From an uncultured bacterium (lineage in GTDB: Bacteria; Patescibacteriota; Minisyncoccia; UBA6257; 2-01-FULL-56-20), in the NCBI GenBank assembly GCA_963844965.1, contig CAWJQC010000007.1, positions 1 through 64,000 of the forward strand: DNA of 64,000 bases. The letters are read 5' to 3'. This document shows positions 10,412-19,813 of this stretch, piece by piece. Position numbers and translations under genes: made by a program. The notes under the pieces were generated by a model. It was given only the letters and a program-made list of their open reading frames with translations, searched no databases and was not told the DNA's origin. Position 1 is the first letter of the stretch. Each line of letters begins with the position of its first letter.

Positions 10412-10780
10412 GTGATGCGATCAAATAAAGTTGAACAGCTCAAAAAGCCGGAAGTTAACGCGCCAGAATTGCTGTCCGTTATTGATTCACTTAAGTACGA
10501 ATCATACGAAACGTTTTCCTATAACGGCTCGAATTACTTAATCATTCCGTTAGATCAAAATGATATTGAGAGCAACGATGACGAAGCATGGTTTGCGGCA
10601 TCAACCGCAATAAGCGGCTGGGATATATACATCTTAACGTCGCTTCCGGCCGAGGAGCGTAGAAGGAAAATGTTCCACGAGGTTTTGGAGTGTTACCTTA
10701 TCGAACATGGATTAAGTAGGAAAGATGCTCACGATATGTCCCGAATTGAGGAAGAAAAACTTTTCGGACAACGTAAGTAG
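10412..10780 (+). CDS. hypothetical protein
   Basis: 122-aa ORF. Confidence 0.3.
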   Translation: MMRSNKVEQLKKPEVNAPELLSVIDSLKYESYETFSYNGSNYLIIPLDQNDIESNDDEAWFAASTAISGWDIYILTSLPAEERRRKMFHEVLECYLIEHGLSRKDAHDMSRIEEEKLFGQRK

Positions 10781-11523
10781 TCAAAGAGATTCGAGATTGA
10801 AGAAAACGGGCTCAGGGGGTAATATTCTTGTGTGGCTTGGCAAGCCCTGTCTGCGCCGATGCTTCCGCCGACGCTAAAATTTTGGCGGACAAGTCGGCGG
10901 GCAGGCGAGTAGCCCCGCAGAACAGCAAAGCTGTCTACGGGGTAAATAAGGCAGGGGTCTGCCCCGCTGGCAAACGGCGGCGCGGTGGCGAAGAAGTAAA
11001 CGCGGCGGTCTGCAAAACCGCTATGCGAGGGTGCGAATCCCTCCCGCGCCTCAAAGAATCTTAGCTGGAATTTTGGGCAGTGTTTTTTATGAAAATCATT
11101 TGACGGCGGACGGCGCCCACGGTCAATCCACAGTTTTTGCGATTGCTTTTTTATCCCGCGGATTTATTGTTAAGGTAGAATTTTATTTTGATAGTGGGAG
11201 AATTTTTTATGGCTATTCCAGTCAGGGGTAGCGACGGCAGGATTTACTATCCGGTAGAATACGGCAAAGATGGCAAGGTGAATATATTGGGATTGCCGGC
11301 GGGCGAGAATCCGATGGATTACGAAGTAGAAGAAGCGATTGTTGAGTTGCTTGCGATGGGCAGTGGTACACACGTGGCGGTTAAGGCGGATGACGTGAGC
11401 GGTTGCGAAAGACGCGACTGGCACGACAAGGGCGGAATTGCGAAAAATTAGCGGCGGCTTCATTGCGTTGGAGCCGCTTTTTGTTGTAATATTGTTGTGC
11501 GAAGCATTGTTTCGGCATGTATG

Positions 11524-11606
11524 GGGCGAGTGGCGGAATGGCAGACGCGCAGGACTCAAAATCCTGTGATCGCAAGGTCGTGAGGGTTCGACTCCCTCCT
11601 CGCCCA
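11524..11606 (+). tRNA. tRNA-Leu (anticodon CAA)
   Basis: GGGCGAGTGGCGGAATGG...CAGGACTCAAAATCCTG...GGGTTCGACTCCCTCCTCGCCCA. Long variable arm. Confidence 0.85.
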
Positions 11607-11613
11607 CAAAGGC

Positions 11614-12085
11614 TTGTCTTATCCTTTGCCAAAACTTTTTGTTTTTGGTAATTTGAAGTCAGTTAAATTTGAGGAGGCGCGCATGGCTGAGCGAAGGGAA
11701 GAATACATATATCCCCACAGGGAGTATGAATCCGATTGCAAAAGAATCGCGGAGTGGGCGAGGGATAAAGGTTTCAAAAGCATATTTGGCGTGTGCAGGG
11801 GTGGCTGGACCCCGGCTGTCAGATTGTCGCACCTTCTGGGTTTGCCAATAGTCAGGTTTGAAAATAAAATTACTAAAGATACGCTGATCATTGAAGAATC
11901 TTATACATGATGGCAACACGATGCGGCGGCTGCTCCGGAAAATCGGCGGCAGCCATCGAATCGCAGTTCTTTTTTATAAAGAAGGAACTAAGCCAAGGCC
12001 AGATTTCTACGCGCGCAAGTGGACAATGTGGGTGCGTTTTCCGTGGGAAACGGAAGAGTCGTCGCGCTACGACGGCACGATTTAG
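11614..12085 (+). pseudogene. hpt: hypoxanthine/guanine phosphoribosyltransferase, split by a 1-nt frameshift
   Basis: ORF 11614-11910 ends ...DTLIIEESYT. ORF 11891-12085 continues LIHDGNTMRRLL...DFYARKW...FPWE. Joined, they give the PRT-type I motif (LIIEE..DGNTM). The junction is not in a homopolymer. Confidence 0.55.
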
Positions 12086-12347
12086 GTTGATTCGAGCTCC
12101 AAGCCGGGGGCTCGTTTTTTATCAGCAAGCTCCACGGTTGCTTTCCCTTTGTGGGCGAGGTGGGAATCTCACGTCGCGAGTCGCTATACAGCAACTCGCT
12201 CCCTCACAACCCTCGGTTTTGAGTAATTTCCTACACGGGAGGAACCTCATACTTTCCTCCCGACCCCTTCTTTGGTTCGACTCCCACCGCGATAGGATGA
12301 AATTTGTGATATGCGAAACATATCACAAATTTTACTGTGGGCGAGGT

Positions 12348-12433
12348 GGGAGTCGAACCCACATGAGGAGTAACCCTCACAACATTTTAAGTGTTGCGCG
12401 TATACCATTCCGCCACTCGCCCGTCGTGCTTTC
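12348..12433 (-). tRNA. tRNA-Leu (anticodon TAA)
   Basis: Reverse complement reads GGGCGAGTGGCGGAATGGTA...CAACACTTAAAATGTTG...GGGTTCGACTCCCACCTCGCCCA. Confidence 0.85.
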
Positions 12434-12475
12434 GTGATTGATTATGCAATAAATTTGGGCTAAAATCAATTTATA

Positions 12476-13295
12476 ATGGCGCGGGTAATTTCTATCTGCA
12501 ATCAGAAAGGCGGTGTCGGGAAAACCACCACGGCCGTTAACCTCGGCGCATATTTGGCGGCATACGGCAAGAGGACACTTCTTGTTGATTTTGACCCGCA
12601 GGCGAACGCGAGTTCTGCCGTCGGGCACGATTATACGGATACAGGTCCGAGCGTTTATCACGGAATTTTGGGCGAGGCGAAGCCGGATGAAGTCGTGAAA
12701 CCGACCCAACTTTTCAATTTTCACTACATTCCTTCCGCGCAGCATCTGGCCGGAGCGCTGATTGAGCTCGTGAATGTTCCCGAGCGGGAATATTTCTTGC
12801 GGAAATTTTTGAACAACCTGCGGCACAAGTACGACTATATTCTGATTGACCTGCCGCCGTCCCTGAATTTGCTCACCGTGAACGGCCTAGTGGCCTCGGA
12901 CGAGGTCCTGATTCCCATACAGGCGGAATATTATTCGCTGGAGGGGCTGGGGCAGATTCTTGAACACCGTGAATCTCGTGAGAGATAATTTGCGGCATCC
13001 GTTGCGGGTTGCCGGAGGTTTGGTTACAATGTATGACAAGCGCGAACATTTGAGCCGCGAAGTAGCTAAGAATCTCCGCCGCCATTTTCCACACAAGGTT
13101 TTTGAGACAGAAATCCCGCGGAGTGTCGCTCTGGCCGAAGCTCCGAGTTTCGGGAAGCCGATAATTTTGTATCGTCCCGATTCGCCCGGCGCCACGGCCT
13201 ACCGCGCGCTCGCGGAGGAAATTATTTCGCAGGAGAAAGAAATAATATCCGAGCAAGGAACGGTCGCCAGTGAAAATTTCGGAAATCTTGTATGA
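12476..13295 (+). CDS. parA: ParA/Soj partition ATPase, split by a 1-nt insertion near 12960
   Basis: Walker A KGGVGKTT in ORF 12476-12988. The C-terminal half (NLVRDNL...VFETEIPRSVALAEAPSFGKPI) is in the +1 frame, ORF 12960-13295. Confidence 0.75.
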
Positions 13296-13719
13296 GTGTG
13301 ATACTAATATACAAATGCATGCGAATGATACAAATAATACGAATAAGATAATTTATCCCGAATTATCTTATACAATCGTCGGCGCTTGTTTCAGCGTTCA
13401 CAACAATCTTGGCAGGTATGCGCGGGAAAAGCAGTATTGTGACGATTTGGCGAAAAGATTTAAAGAAATTAGACTGCCGTTCAGGAGAGAATTAACAGTT
13501 GGTGGTACGGGGAATATAATAGATTTTTTGGTTGATGATAAAATTATTTTGGAAATCAAGGCTAAGCGGTTGCTTGCTAAAGAAGACTATTTTCAAATCC
13601 AGCGTTACTTGCAGGCGTTGAATATCAAGCTAGGCTTATTGATTAATTTTCGCGACAAGTATTTGAAACCCGCAAGGATAGTAAAAATAGATACCAAGAC
13701 AAAAGAAAGATTTGTATAA
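13270..13719 (+). CDS. GxxExxY-family protein (PD-(D/E)xK-like)
   Basis: HNNLGRYAREKQY...GLLINF architecture typical of the GxxExxY family. Confidence 0.6.
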   Translation: MKISEILYECDTNIQMHANDTNNTNKIIYPELSYTIVGACFSVHNNLGRYAREKQYCDDLAKRFKEIRLPFRRELTVGGTGNIIDFLVDDKIILEIKAKRLLAKEDYFQIQRYLQALNIKLGLLINFRDKYLKPARIVKIDTKTKERFV

Positions 13720-13764
13720 TTCGTATCATTAGTACAATTAGTATATTGGTATCATTACATTATT

Positions 13765-14952
13765 ATGCTTGGCAAAGGACTTGAATCATTAATACCCCCG
13801 CACCAGAGCTCTGACGAGCACGGTATGGGGCAGGCCCCGCAACAGTCGCATGGAAGCGGCGACGGGCAACCCCAGTCGGATTTTCCGAACGATGAGGTGG
13901 TTTTGACGCCGTACGATGAAGCGGCGGCCACTACCCCACCAGTTCCAGTAGATCCGCAGCCGGTAAATCCCGCGCCCGCCTTCGCTCCTGAAGAGCTACG
14001 GCGAGGCGAGCCCGCCTCCACTAGTGAAGAGTTCCGGCAGAGCGAGCCCGCTGAAGGCGACTTCCGTTCAAAAATCAGAATAAATCTCCCCGAAGAAAAA
14101 AGAGGAAGAATAGCCCCATCAAGACCCGAAGAGGATTATGTTTTTCATATTGAAGTTTCCAAAATAAAAGCCAATCCGGCACAACCACGCAGGGATTTCA
14201 ACGAGGCGGGAATCAGGGAATTGGCACTGTCCATACGTGAATTCGGTTTTCTCCAGCCGCTCGTCGTCTCAAAAATAGAAAAAGAAACGGCGACGGGGAT
14301 TGATGTTGAGTATCAGCTCATCGCCGGCGAACGGCGCCTGCTTGCCGCGAAAATGCTAGGCTTGGAGATGGTGCCGGCGATCATCCGCAGGGTGGATTTG
14401 GAACGCGAAAAACTGGAATTGGCGGTGGTGGAAAATATCCAGCGTGAGGATTTGAATCCAATTGAGAAAGCAAGAGCGCTCGCGCGGCTTCAGGACGAAT
14501 TTCGCATGACGCAGCGGGAGATCGCGGCGAAGCTCGGCAAATCGCGGGAAGTCGTGGCGAACAGCGTGCGGCTCCTCGGCTTGCCGACATACGCGCAGGA
14601 GGCGCTCATAAAAGGACAAATTACGGAAAGCCACGGGCGGTTTCTTCTCGCGATTGATGACCAGGCGGCGCAGAAAAAATTGTTTGACGATATGCTGGCG
14701 CGGCATTTGACCATGCGGGAACTCAGAGAGCGCGTGCAGATGTCGAGAAGTAGGGGGCAAGAAGTAAGAAGTAAGGAAAACAGTGCGAACTTGACGCCGG
14801 AAATGAAAATGATGGAAGAGAAGTTGTCGGCAGAACTTGGGACGCCGGTGAAAATAGAAAAAGGAGCGAACACCGGCAAAATCACGATTACGTTTTACTC
14901 GGAGGAGGAATTGGAAAGTATCGTGCGAAAAATCGGAAAAGAAGAAGGTTAG
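13765..14952 (+). CDS. parB: ParB/Spo0J partition protein with a long Pro/Glu-rich N-terminal extension
   Basis: ParB box LIAGERRLLAAKMLGLEMVPAII and an HTH region. Sits downstream of parA. Confidence 0.85.
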   Translation: MLGKGLESLIPPHQSSDEHGMGQAPQQSHGSGDGQPQSDFPNDEVVLTPYDEAAATTPPVPVDPQPVNPAPAFAPEELRRGEPASTSEEFRQSEPAEGDFRSKIRINLPEEKRGRIAPSRPEEDYVFHIEVSKIKANPAQPRRDFNEAGIRELALSIREFGFLQPLVVSKIEKETATGIDVEYQLIAGERRLLAAKMLGLEMVPAIIRRVDLEREKLELAVVENIQREDLNPIEKARALARLQDEFRMTQREIAAKLGKSREVVANSVRLLGLPTYAQEALIKGQITESHGRFLLAIDDQAAQKKLFDDMLARHLTMRELRERVQMSRSRGQEVRSKENSANLTPEMKMMEEKLSAELGTPVKIEKGANTGKITITFYSEEELESIVRKIGKEEG

Positions 14953-15025
14953 GAGTTCGGATACTAGCCCGTAACCACGATATACATTTCGTAGGATAAA
15001 CTTTCAGAGATTACTAAATAAAGAT

Positions 15026-15811
15026 ATGGAACTAGATAATTTTCAAAAAAGTTTATTAAAGCATATAGAAAATTTTCGCAGAGTTTTAGCGACACCTTCT
15101 GGCGACTGGTCAGTTAAGGGTTTTATTGATATTGCAAAAAACATTTATACAATTTCAGTAGATACCAAAGTAGTATCTAAAATTATTGAATTGATGATGT
15201 TTCCTGTATTACAGAAATTCGCAAAGGAAAACAATTTTGAAATGACTTTTTGTGCAGAACAAAATCATTATCCAGATGTTACTTTTATAACAAAAGATAA
15301 GCGAAAAATTGCCCTCGATCTTAAAAGTACCTATCGAAAAAATCATGATGTAGTTTCGGGATTTACACTTGGAGCGTTTACTGGTTATTTCCGTTTTCGC
15401 GATTCAAATAAAAATATCACCTTTCCCTACAAAGAATATGATAAGCACTATATTCTCGGCATTATTTATACCCAACAGGGAGAATTGATTGACGAAAATA
15501 AAGTTTATATGATTGATGATTTAGAAGATATTTTATCGGTCGTCAAAGATTTTGATTTTCTTGTTCAAGAAAAATATAAAATCGCTAAAGATAGGCCGGG
15601 TAGCGGAAATACAAAAAATATCGGCTCTTGTGTGAAAATTAACGAGCTTAAAGAAGGCAGGGGGCCGTTTTCAAAACTCGGAGTTAAAATATTTGACGAT
15701 TTCTGGATGAATTATATGACCTTGGAAATGGCACGAAACGCAAAATTAAAGCGGCCGCCATACTCTAATCTCAAAGAGTATTTGAAATATCGCAACATAA
15801 AGAATATTTAA
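15026..15811 (+). CDS. type II restriction endonuclease, EcoRV-like
   Basis: Recalled similarity to R.EcoRV: SVDTKVVSKIIEL.., QNHYPDVTF (EcoRV QNHYPDFTL), RKIALDLKSTY (EcoRV KKIAIDIKTTY, D/K catalytic residues), GSGNTKNIGS. Confidence 0.7.
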   Translation: MELDNFQKSLLKHIENFRRVLATPSGDWSVKGFIDIAKNIYTISVDTKVVSKIIELMMFPVLQKFAKENNFEMTFCAEQNHYPDVTFITKDKRKIALDLKSTYRKNHDVVSGFTLGAFTGYFRFRDSNKNITFPYKEYDKHYILGIIYTQQGELIDENKVYMIDDLEDILSVVKDFDFLVQEKYKIAKDRPGSGNTKNIGSCVKINELKEGRGPFSKLGVKIFDDFWMNYMTLEMARNAKLKRPPYSNLKEYLKYRNIKNI

Positions 15812-15813
15812 CC

Positions 15814-16896
15814 ATGCAAATCGTGAAGCAACAGCAATCCCAATTATTCAACGAAATGCCAACGAAAAATGCTGGCGTTTTGCCATCTACTCGTTATCAG
15901 GGGAGTAAATATAAAATTCTCAAATGGATTGATTACTGCACAAAAGACTTAGATTTTGATTCAGTCCTCGATGCCTTTGGCGGAACTGGTTGTGTCGGCT
16001 ATATGTATAAGAAAAATGGTAAGCAAGTTTTTTATAACGACTCCTTAAAATTCAATCATTACGTTGGGCTTGCTTTAATAGAAAATAAAAATACTACCTT
16101 GAACGATAATGATTTGGATTTAATCTTAAAGAAAAATCCGAAAGTAAAATATCCTTCTTTTATCTACGACACGTTTCACGATATTTATTTCACCGACGAG
16201 GAGAATAAGTGGCTTGATGTGGTCGTAACAAATATTAGAAACATTAAAGATAAATATAAAAGGGCCTTGGCGTATTATGCTTTATTTCAATCCTGCATAA
16301 TTAAGCGGCCATACAATTTATTTCATAGGAAAAATCTATATATAAGAACAGCAGAGGTAGAAAGGAGTTTCGGCAACAAAAAAACATGGGATACTCCGTT
16401 TGAGAATCATTTTCTCAAGTTTGTTGAGGAAGCAAACAGTGCCGTGTTTGATAATGGCAAAAAAAATCAAGCAGTCCATTCAGATATTTTCGGCCTAACC
16501 ATTCCGAAAATTGACCTTGTTTATATTGATACGCCATATATTTCTGAAAAAGGTGTGGGCGTAAATTATTTTGATTTCTATCATTTTTTGGAGGGCATTG
16601 TTTTTTATGATGAATGGCCGAAACTGATTGATGAAAATTCAAAACATAAAAAAATAAAGAACGGAAAAAATGAATGGTGTAATAATGGTGAGATACACGG
16701 TGCTTTTGAGCGACTGTTCGATAAATTCAAAAAATCAATTTTGGTCGTTTCCTATCGTGATGATGGAATTCCGACAATCTTGGAACTGGTAAATATGCTC
16801 AAAAATCATAAGAAGTCCGTTGAAATAAAAAAAATAGATTATAAATACGTTTTAAGTAGTGGCAACTCTAAAGAGGTTTTGATTATAGCGAAATAA
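15814..16896 (+). CDS. Dam-family (D12 class) N6-adenine DNA methyltransferase, cognate to the EcoRV-like endonuclease
   Basis: Motif I DAFGGTGCVG and motif IV DTPY (DPPY-like). Starts 3 nt after the endonuclease stop. Low GC content. Confidence 0.8.
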   Translation: MQIVKQQQSQLFNEMPTKNAGVLPSTRYQGSKYKILKWIDYCTKDLDFDSVLDAFGGTGCVGYMYKKNGKQVFYNDSLKFNHYVGLALIENKNTTLNDNDLDLILKKNPKVKYPSFIYDTFHDIYFTDEENKWLDVVVTNIRNIKDKYKRALAYYALFQSCIIKRPYNLFHRKNLYIRTAEVERSFGNKKTWDTPFENHFLKFVEEANSAVFDNGKKNQAVHSDIFGLTIPKIDLVYIDTPYISEKGVGVNYFDFYHFLEGIVFYDEWPKLIDENSKHKKIKNGKNEWCNNGEIHGAFERLFDKFKKSILVVSYRDDGIPTILELVNMLKNHKKSVEIKKIDYKYVLSSGNSKEVLIIAK

Positions 16897-16914
16897 ATTA
16901 GTATTATTACACTT

Positions 16915-17175
16915 ATGCAGTGTTATATTATTTCATTTCAAACATCCCTCTCTGATAAAACGGGACTAGAGAGTGCCATAAAATCTTATGGCACGTGGGC
17001 AAAAATCACACCAAATACTTGGGCGGTGGTTTCTGATAGGCCCGCAAAAGATATTAGGGATCATATTCTTTCAAATTTGGCACAGGGAGATCGTCTTATG
17101 GTTGTTCGTTCGGGGACGGAGGCTGCGTGGAGCAACGCCATCGCTAGTAACGATTGGCTAAAAAAGAATTTGTAA
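16915..17175 (+). CDS. hypothetical protein
   Basis: 86-aa ORF inside the AT-rich island. Confidence 0.3.
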   Translation: MQCYIISFQTSLSDKTGLESAIKSYGTWAKITPNTWAVVSDRPAKDIRDHILSNLAQGDRLMVVRSGTEAAWSNAIASNDWLKKNL

Positions 17176-17588
17176 TTATGCCAAACGAGAACGAACAAAT
17201 TTCAGGGGGAGTAAAGATCAATCGAGCAAAACTTGGTTCAATTTCTCTGTATGATGTCACGGAAGACGAACTAGGCTTGTTAGAGCGCGGATCGCCAGCT
17301 TCAACTTACCTTAATTTCGCGATCGGACTTCTATCAATCGGAATTTCTTTTTTCATTAGTATTTTTTCAACCAAAATCGAAGATATAAAGGTTTATGCAG
17401 TATTTTGGGTTATTGCGCTTGTAACTACAATTGGCGGGATTGTACTTTTCGTAGTGTGGCGTCAAGCGAATAAATCAGCCGAAAATGTGATACAGAGGAT
17501 AAAGAACAGAATGAGTCCTGCTACACCTAGTTCTAATACCGCTCCGGTTGCTGGGCAAGAATCAAGTTCCCGGGCAGAAAATAATTAA
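17154..17588 (+). CDS. hypothetical membrane protein
   Basis: 144 aa with 2 TM helices. Confidence 0.35.
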   Translation: MAKKEFVIMPNENEQISGGVKINRAKLGSISLYDVTEDELGLLERGSPASTYLNFAIGLLSIGISFFISIFSTKIEDIKVYAVFWVIALVTTIGGIVLFVVWRQANKSAENVIQRIKNRMSPATPSSNTAPVAGQESSSRAENN

Positions 17589-17727
17589 TCGCCGCTAAAA
17601 ATTCTGTCCGGCCGAGCGAGGGCGCGGCGGAAGGGGGATGTAGGGGAATTCCGCCGCATCCGAGCGTCAGAAATCAGCGTCAGGATTTTCGCGAAAAAAA
17701 ATTCGGATTTTGTTTGGGATAGACAGC

Positions 17728-17808
17728 TTATGTCAATTTGTAGCTAATTTCCCTTACTCCTCTGATTTGTCTCAATTTGAAAATCAGTTTCTCTATTTTT
17801 TGCTTGCC
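17728..17808 (-). repeat. relA 3'-end repeat, copy 1 (encodes ..KQKIEKLIFKLRQIRGVREISYKLT*)
   Basis: An 81-nt paralog of the relA C-terminal codons plus stop. It differs from the true gene end mostly at synonymous sites. Confidence 0.8.
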
Positions 17809-18040
17809 CGGTAGTAGTTCTGCGATATTATTCACCCCAATTCGGAGCAGTTTCTCGTTGCCAACTTTGGTAGAATAATAAGTTGACCAAGCCCTCGGAG
17901 CTTAATCGTGGACAATCCGAATTGCAATCGCAGAATCACTACTGGGCTTATCGGTTGCGGCGATTTTAGTGCGGTTGACGGGCTTTTAACGGCAGTTTAG
18001 TATTATAAAAGCGTGTTATTTGGTGTGGATGGGGAGGTGA

Positions 18041-18277
18041 ATGATGTGCCAGGCCGACAGCGAAAAGACCGAACAAGAGCAAACAAAGATAGCGGAAAGA
18101 AAAGCTCTGGGATATTTGCGGGAGCACCCCGGTGCCGTGAGGCGGGATTTCTTGGTGGAATATCTCAGATTTGAGGGCGTGCCGGACCTCGTGGCGCGAG
18201 CCGCACTGAGGAATCTTGTCGACGAGAGGAAGGTTCTGTCAACGGAAAGCGGTCTGGAAATAAAATTGTCGCAGTAG
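18041..18277 (+). CDS. hypothetical protein
   Basis: 78-aa ORF between repeat copies 1 and 2. Confidence 0.3.
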   Translation: MMCQADSEKTEQEQTKIAERKALGYLREHPGAVRRDFLVEYLRFEGVPDLVARAALRNLVDERKVLSTESGLEIKLSQ

Positions 18278-18442
18278 GGGCTGGAAATCAGCCCCGTTTT
18301 TGTTTTCGTGGATGATGTGGAACTTGTCTTATATCGTACAATCGTTCAATATAAGACAGATTCGTTAAATCGCCTTGCAGCTTGTCCCAATCACGCCTTT
18401 CGCCCGCTTCAGTTTCAGAATTGACCTACCGACCGCCGGTTT

Positions 18443-18742
18443 TCAATAAGGCGAGGGGTTGGATTGGACGAGCGCGAAGTAACTCGCGGCATCATCACAA
18501 TCATTTTCTTGCATTTCCTCTATTATCATATTGAGCACCCCCCCATCTTCAATTGACAATATGTGTTCTGACGCGCCTTGATTATGCTTATTAATATGGG
18601 CTTCATGAACAAATTGCAGTGGTTCATCCGGTGCGATGCGGACATAATTAAAACCCGCTTTCTTAAAAAGTTCGATGGCTTCTTTCGCCTCGGTTCTGTG
18701 ATGTTCGCCTTCGTCAGCGGGTAATGATTCGTGGTTAATCAT
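18443..18742 (-). CDS. hypothetical protein
   Basis: 99-aa ORF. Confidence 0.3.
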   Translation of the reverse strand: MINHESLPADEGEHHRTEAKEAIELFKKAGFNYVRIAPDEPLQFVHEAHINKHNQGASEHILSIEDGGVLNMIIEEMQENDCDDAASYFALVQSNPSPY

Positions 18743-18949
18743 ATAAAGAAGCGACTTCGTAAATTCACCTTATATTTTACATTTTATCTGTCGTTGTCAA
18801 TAGCGCGATGGTTTAGAGTTTTTGCGTGAATTACCATACCAAACAAGAGTTTGGCTTAGATGGATTATGTGTCGCTCCTCGTTTGATATTGGGATGAGCC
18901 TTGCCGAACGGTGATGTCTGGAAGCTTTGACGGGATGTAGCGGTTATTT

Positions 18950-19028
18950 ATCATCAAATCAATTTGTAGCTAATTTCTCTTACTCCTTTTATTTGTTTCA
19001 ATTTGAAAATCAGTTTTTCTATTTTCTG
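18950..19028 (-). repeat. relA 3'-end repeat, copy 2 (encodes KQKIEKLIFKLKQIKGVREISYKLI*, identical peptide)
   Basis: Encodes the same 25-aa peptide and stop as relA, with several synonymous nucleotide differences. Confidence 0.8.
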
Positions 19029-19105
19029 CTTGTCTGCGACGCACTTGACCTTATCTGATTCATATATTATTATGTCAGTTAGCAAAATTCACTTGGAGGG
19101 CTTGG

Positions 19106-19717
19106 GTGATAAGCAGATTCCTGTTGCTTTCGCATCAGATTCTCGTATTGGGTTGCGTTTCCGCCGTCGGAAGCATTGCGTACGTAATTTCTAACTGGTG
19201 GACGGCAAGGAAATATGAGGACCGAGGCGTGCCTGGCCGGTATTTTGCCGTCTATTTTTTTACGGCGGTGATTACCGTGCCCGCCACCGAAGAGTTGATT
19301 TGTAGACTACCGTTGCCTATTGCATTCAGCGGTATTTCTGCCGGAGCTTGGGCGGGCATCGTGTTGACGGGCATTGTGTTCGGGCTAGTTCATTACCCCA
19401 AGGGTTTTAGAAAAGACAGAGAAGATGCAGTTTCAATAGGTGGAAACGCCAAATTAACTGATTGGTTCTCAAAACCGATCATGGGAAATAAGTGGCTGCC
19501 ACCGAAATCGTTCGTTCTCAGGGCTTTCTTGGGAGTAATGTGCGGCTATTGCGCCATTAGACTCCAGTCCCTGTACGCGGCATTTGCCGTCCACGCGTTA
19601 TGGAATTCAGTAATGTGGGTCCCGTTGGCGGCGCTGATCTGTTCTTATATGCTGCGCATCAAGGTGAAGGAGTATTTCAGGCATCGGCGTTCTAGAAATT
19701 TTGAGCTGCAACACTAA
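19106..19717 (+). CDS. CPBP-family (CAAX/Abi) intramembrane metalloprotease
   Basis: Motifs ATEELICRLPL (EExxxR), GLVHYPKG and AVHALWNS (HxxxN). Confidence 0.7.
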   Translation: MISRFLLLSHQILVLGCVSAVGSIAYVISNWWTARKYEDRGVPGRYFAVYFFTAVITVPATEELICRLPLPIAFSGISAGAWAGIVLTGIVFGLVHYPKGFRKDREDAVSIGGNAKLTDWFSKPIMGNKWLPPKSFVLRAFLGVMCGYCAIRLQSLYAAFAVHALWNSVMWVPLAALICSYMLRIKVKEYFRHRRSRNFELQH

Positions 19718-19734
19718 GTTGCGGCTCTTATTTT

Positions 19735-19813
19735 TTATATCAGCTTATAACTAATCTCCCTCACTCCTTTAATTTGTTTCAATTTGAAAATCAGCTTTTC
19801 TATTTTTTGCTTG
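19735..19813 (-). repeat. relA 3'-end repeat, copy 3 (the actual gene end)
   Basis: Last 25 codons plus stop of the relA ORF. Gene-proximal member of the three-copy repeat family. Confidence 0.8.

Noticed and set aside
12086-12347. tmRNA (ssrA) between hpt and tRNA-Leu(TAA)
   Set aside because: The segment is only about 260 nt. It has no recognisable tag reading frame ending in a stop after an Ala-rich peptide and no canonical T-arm or acceptor pairing. It is better explained as tRNA-Leu fragment repeats plus hairpins.
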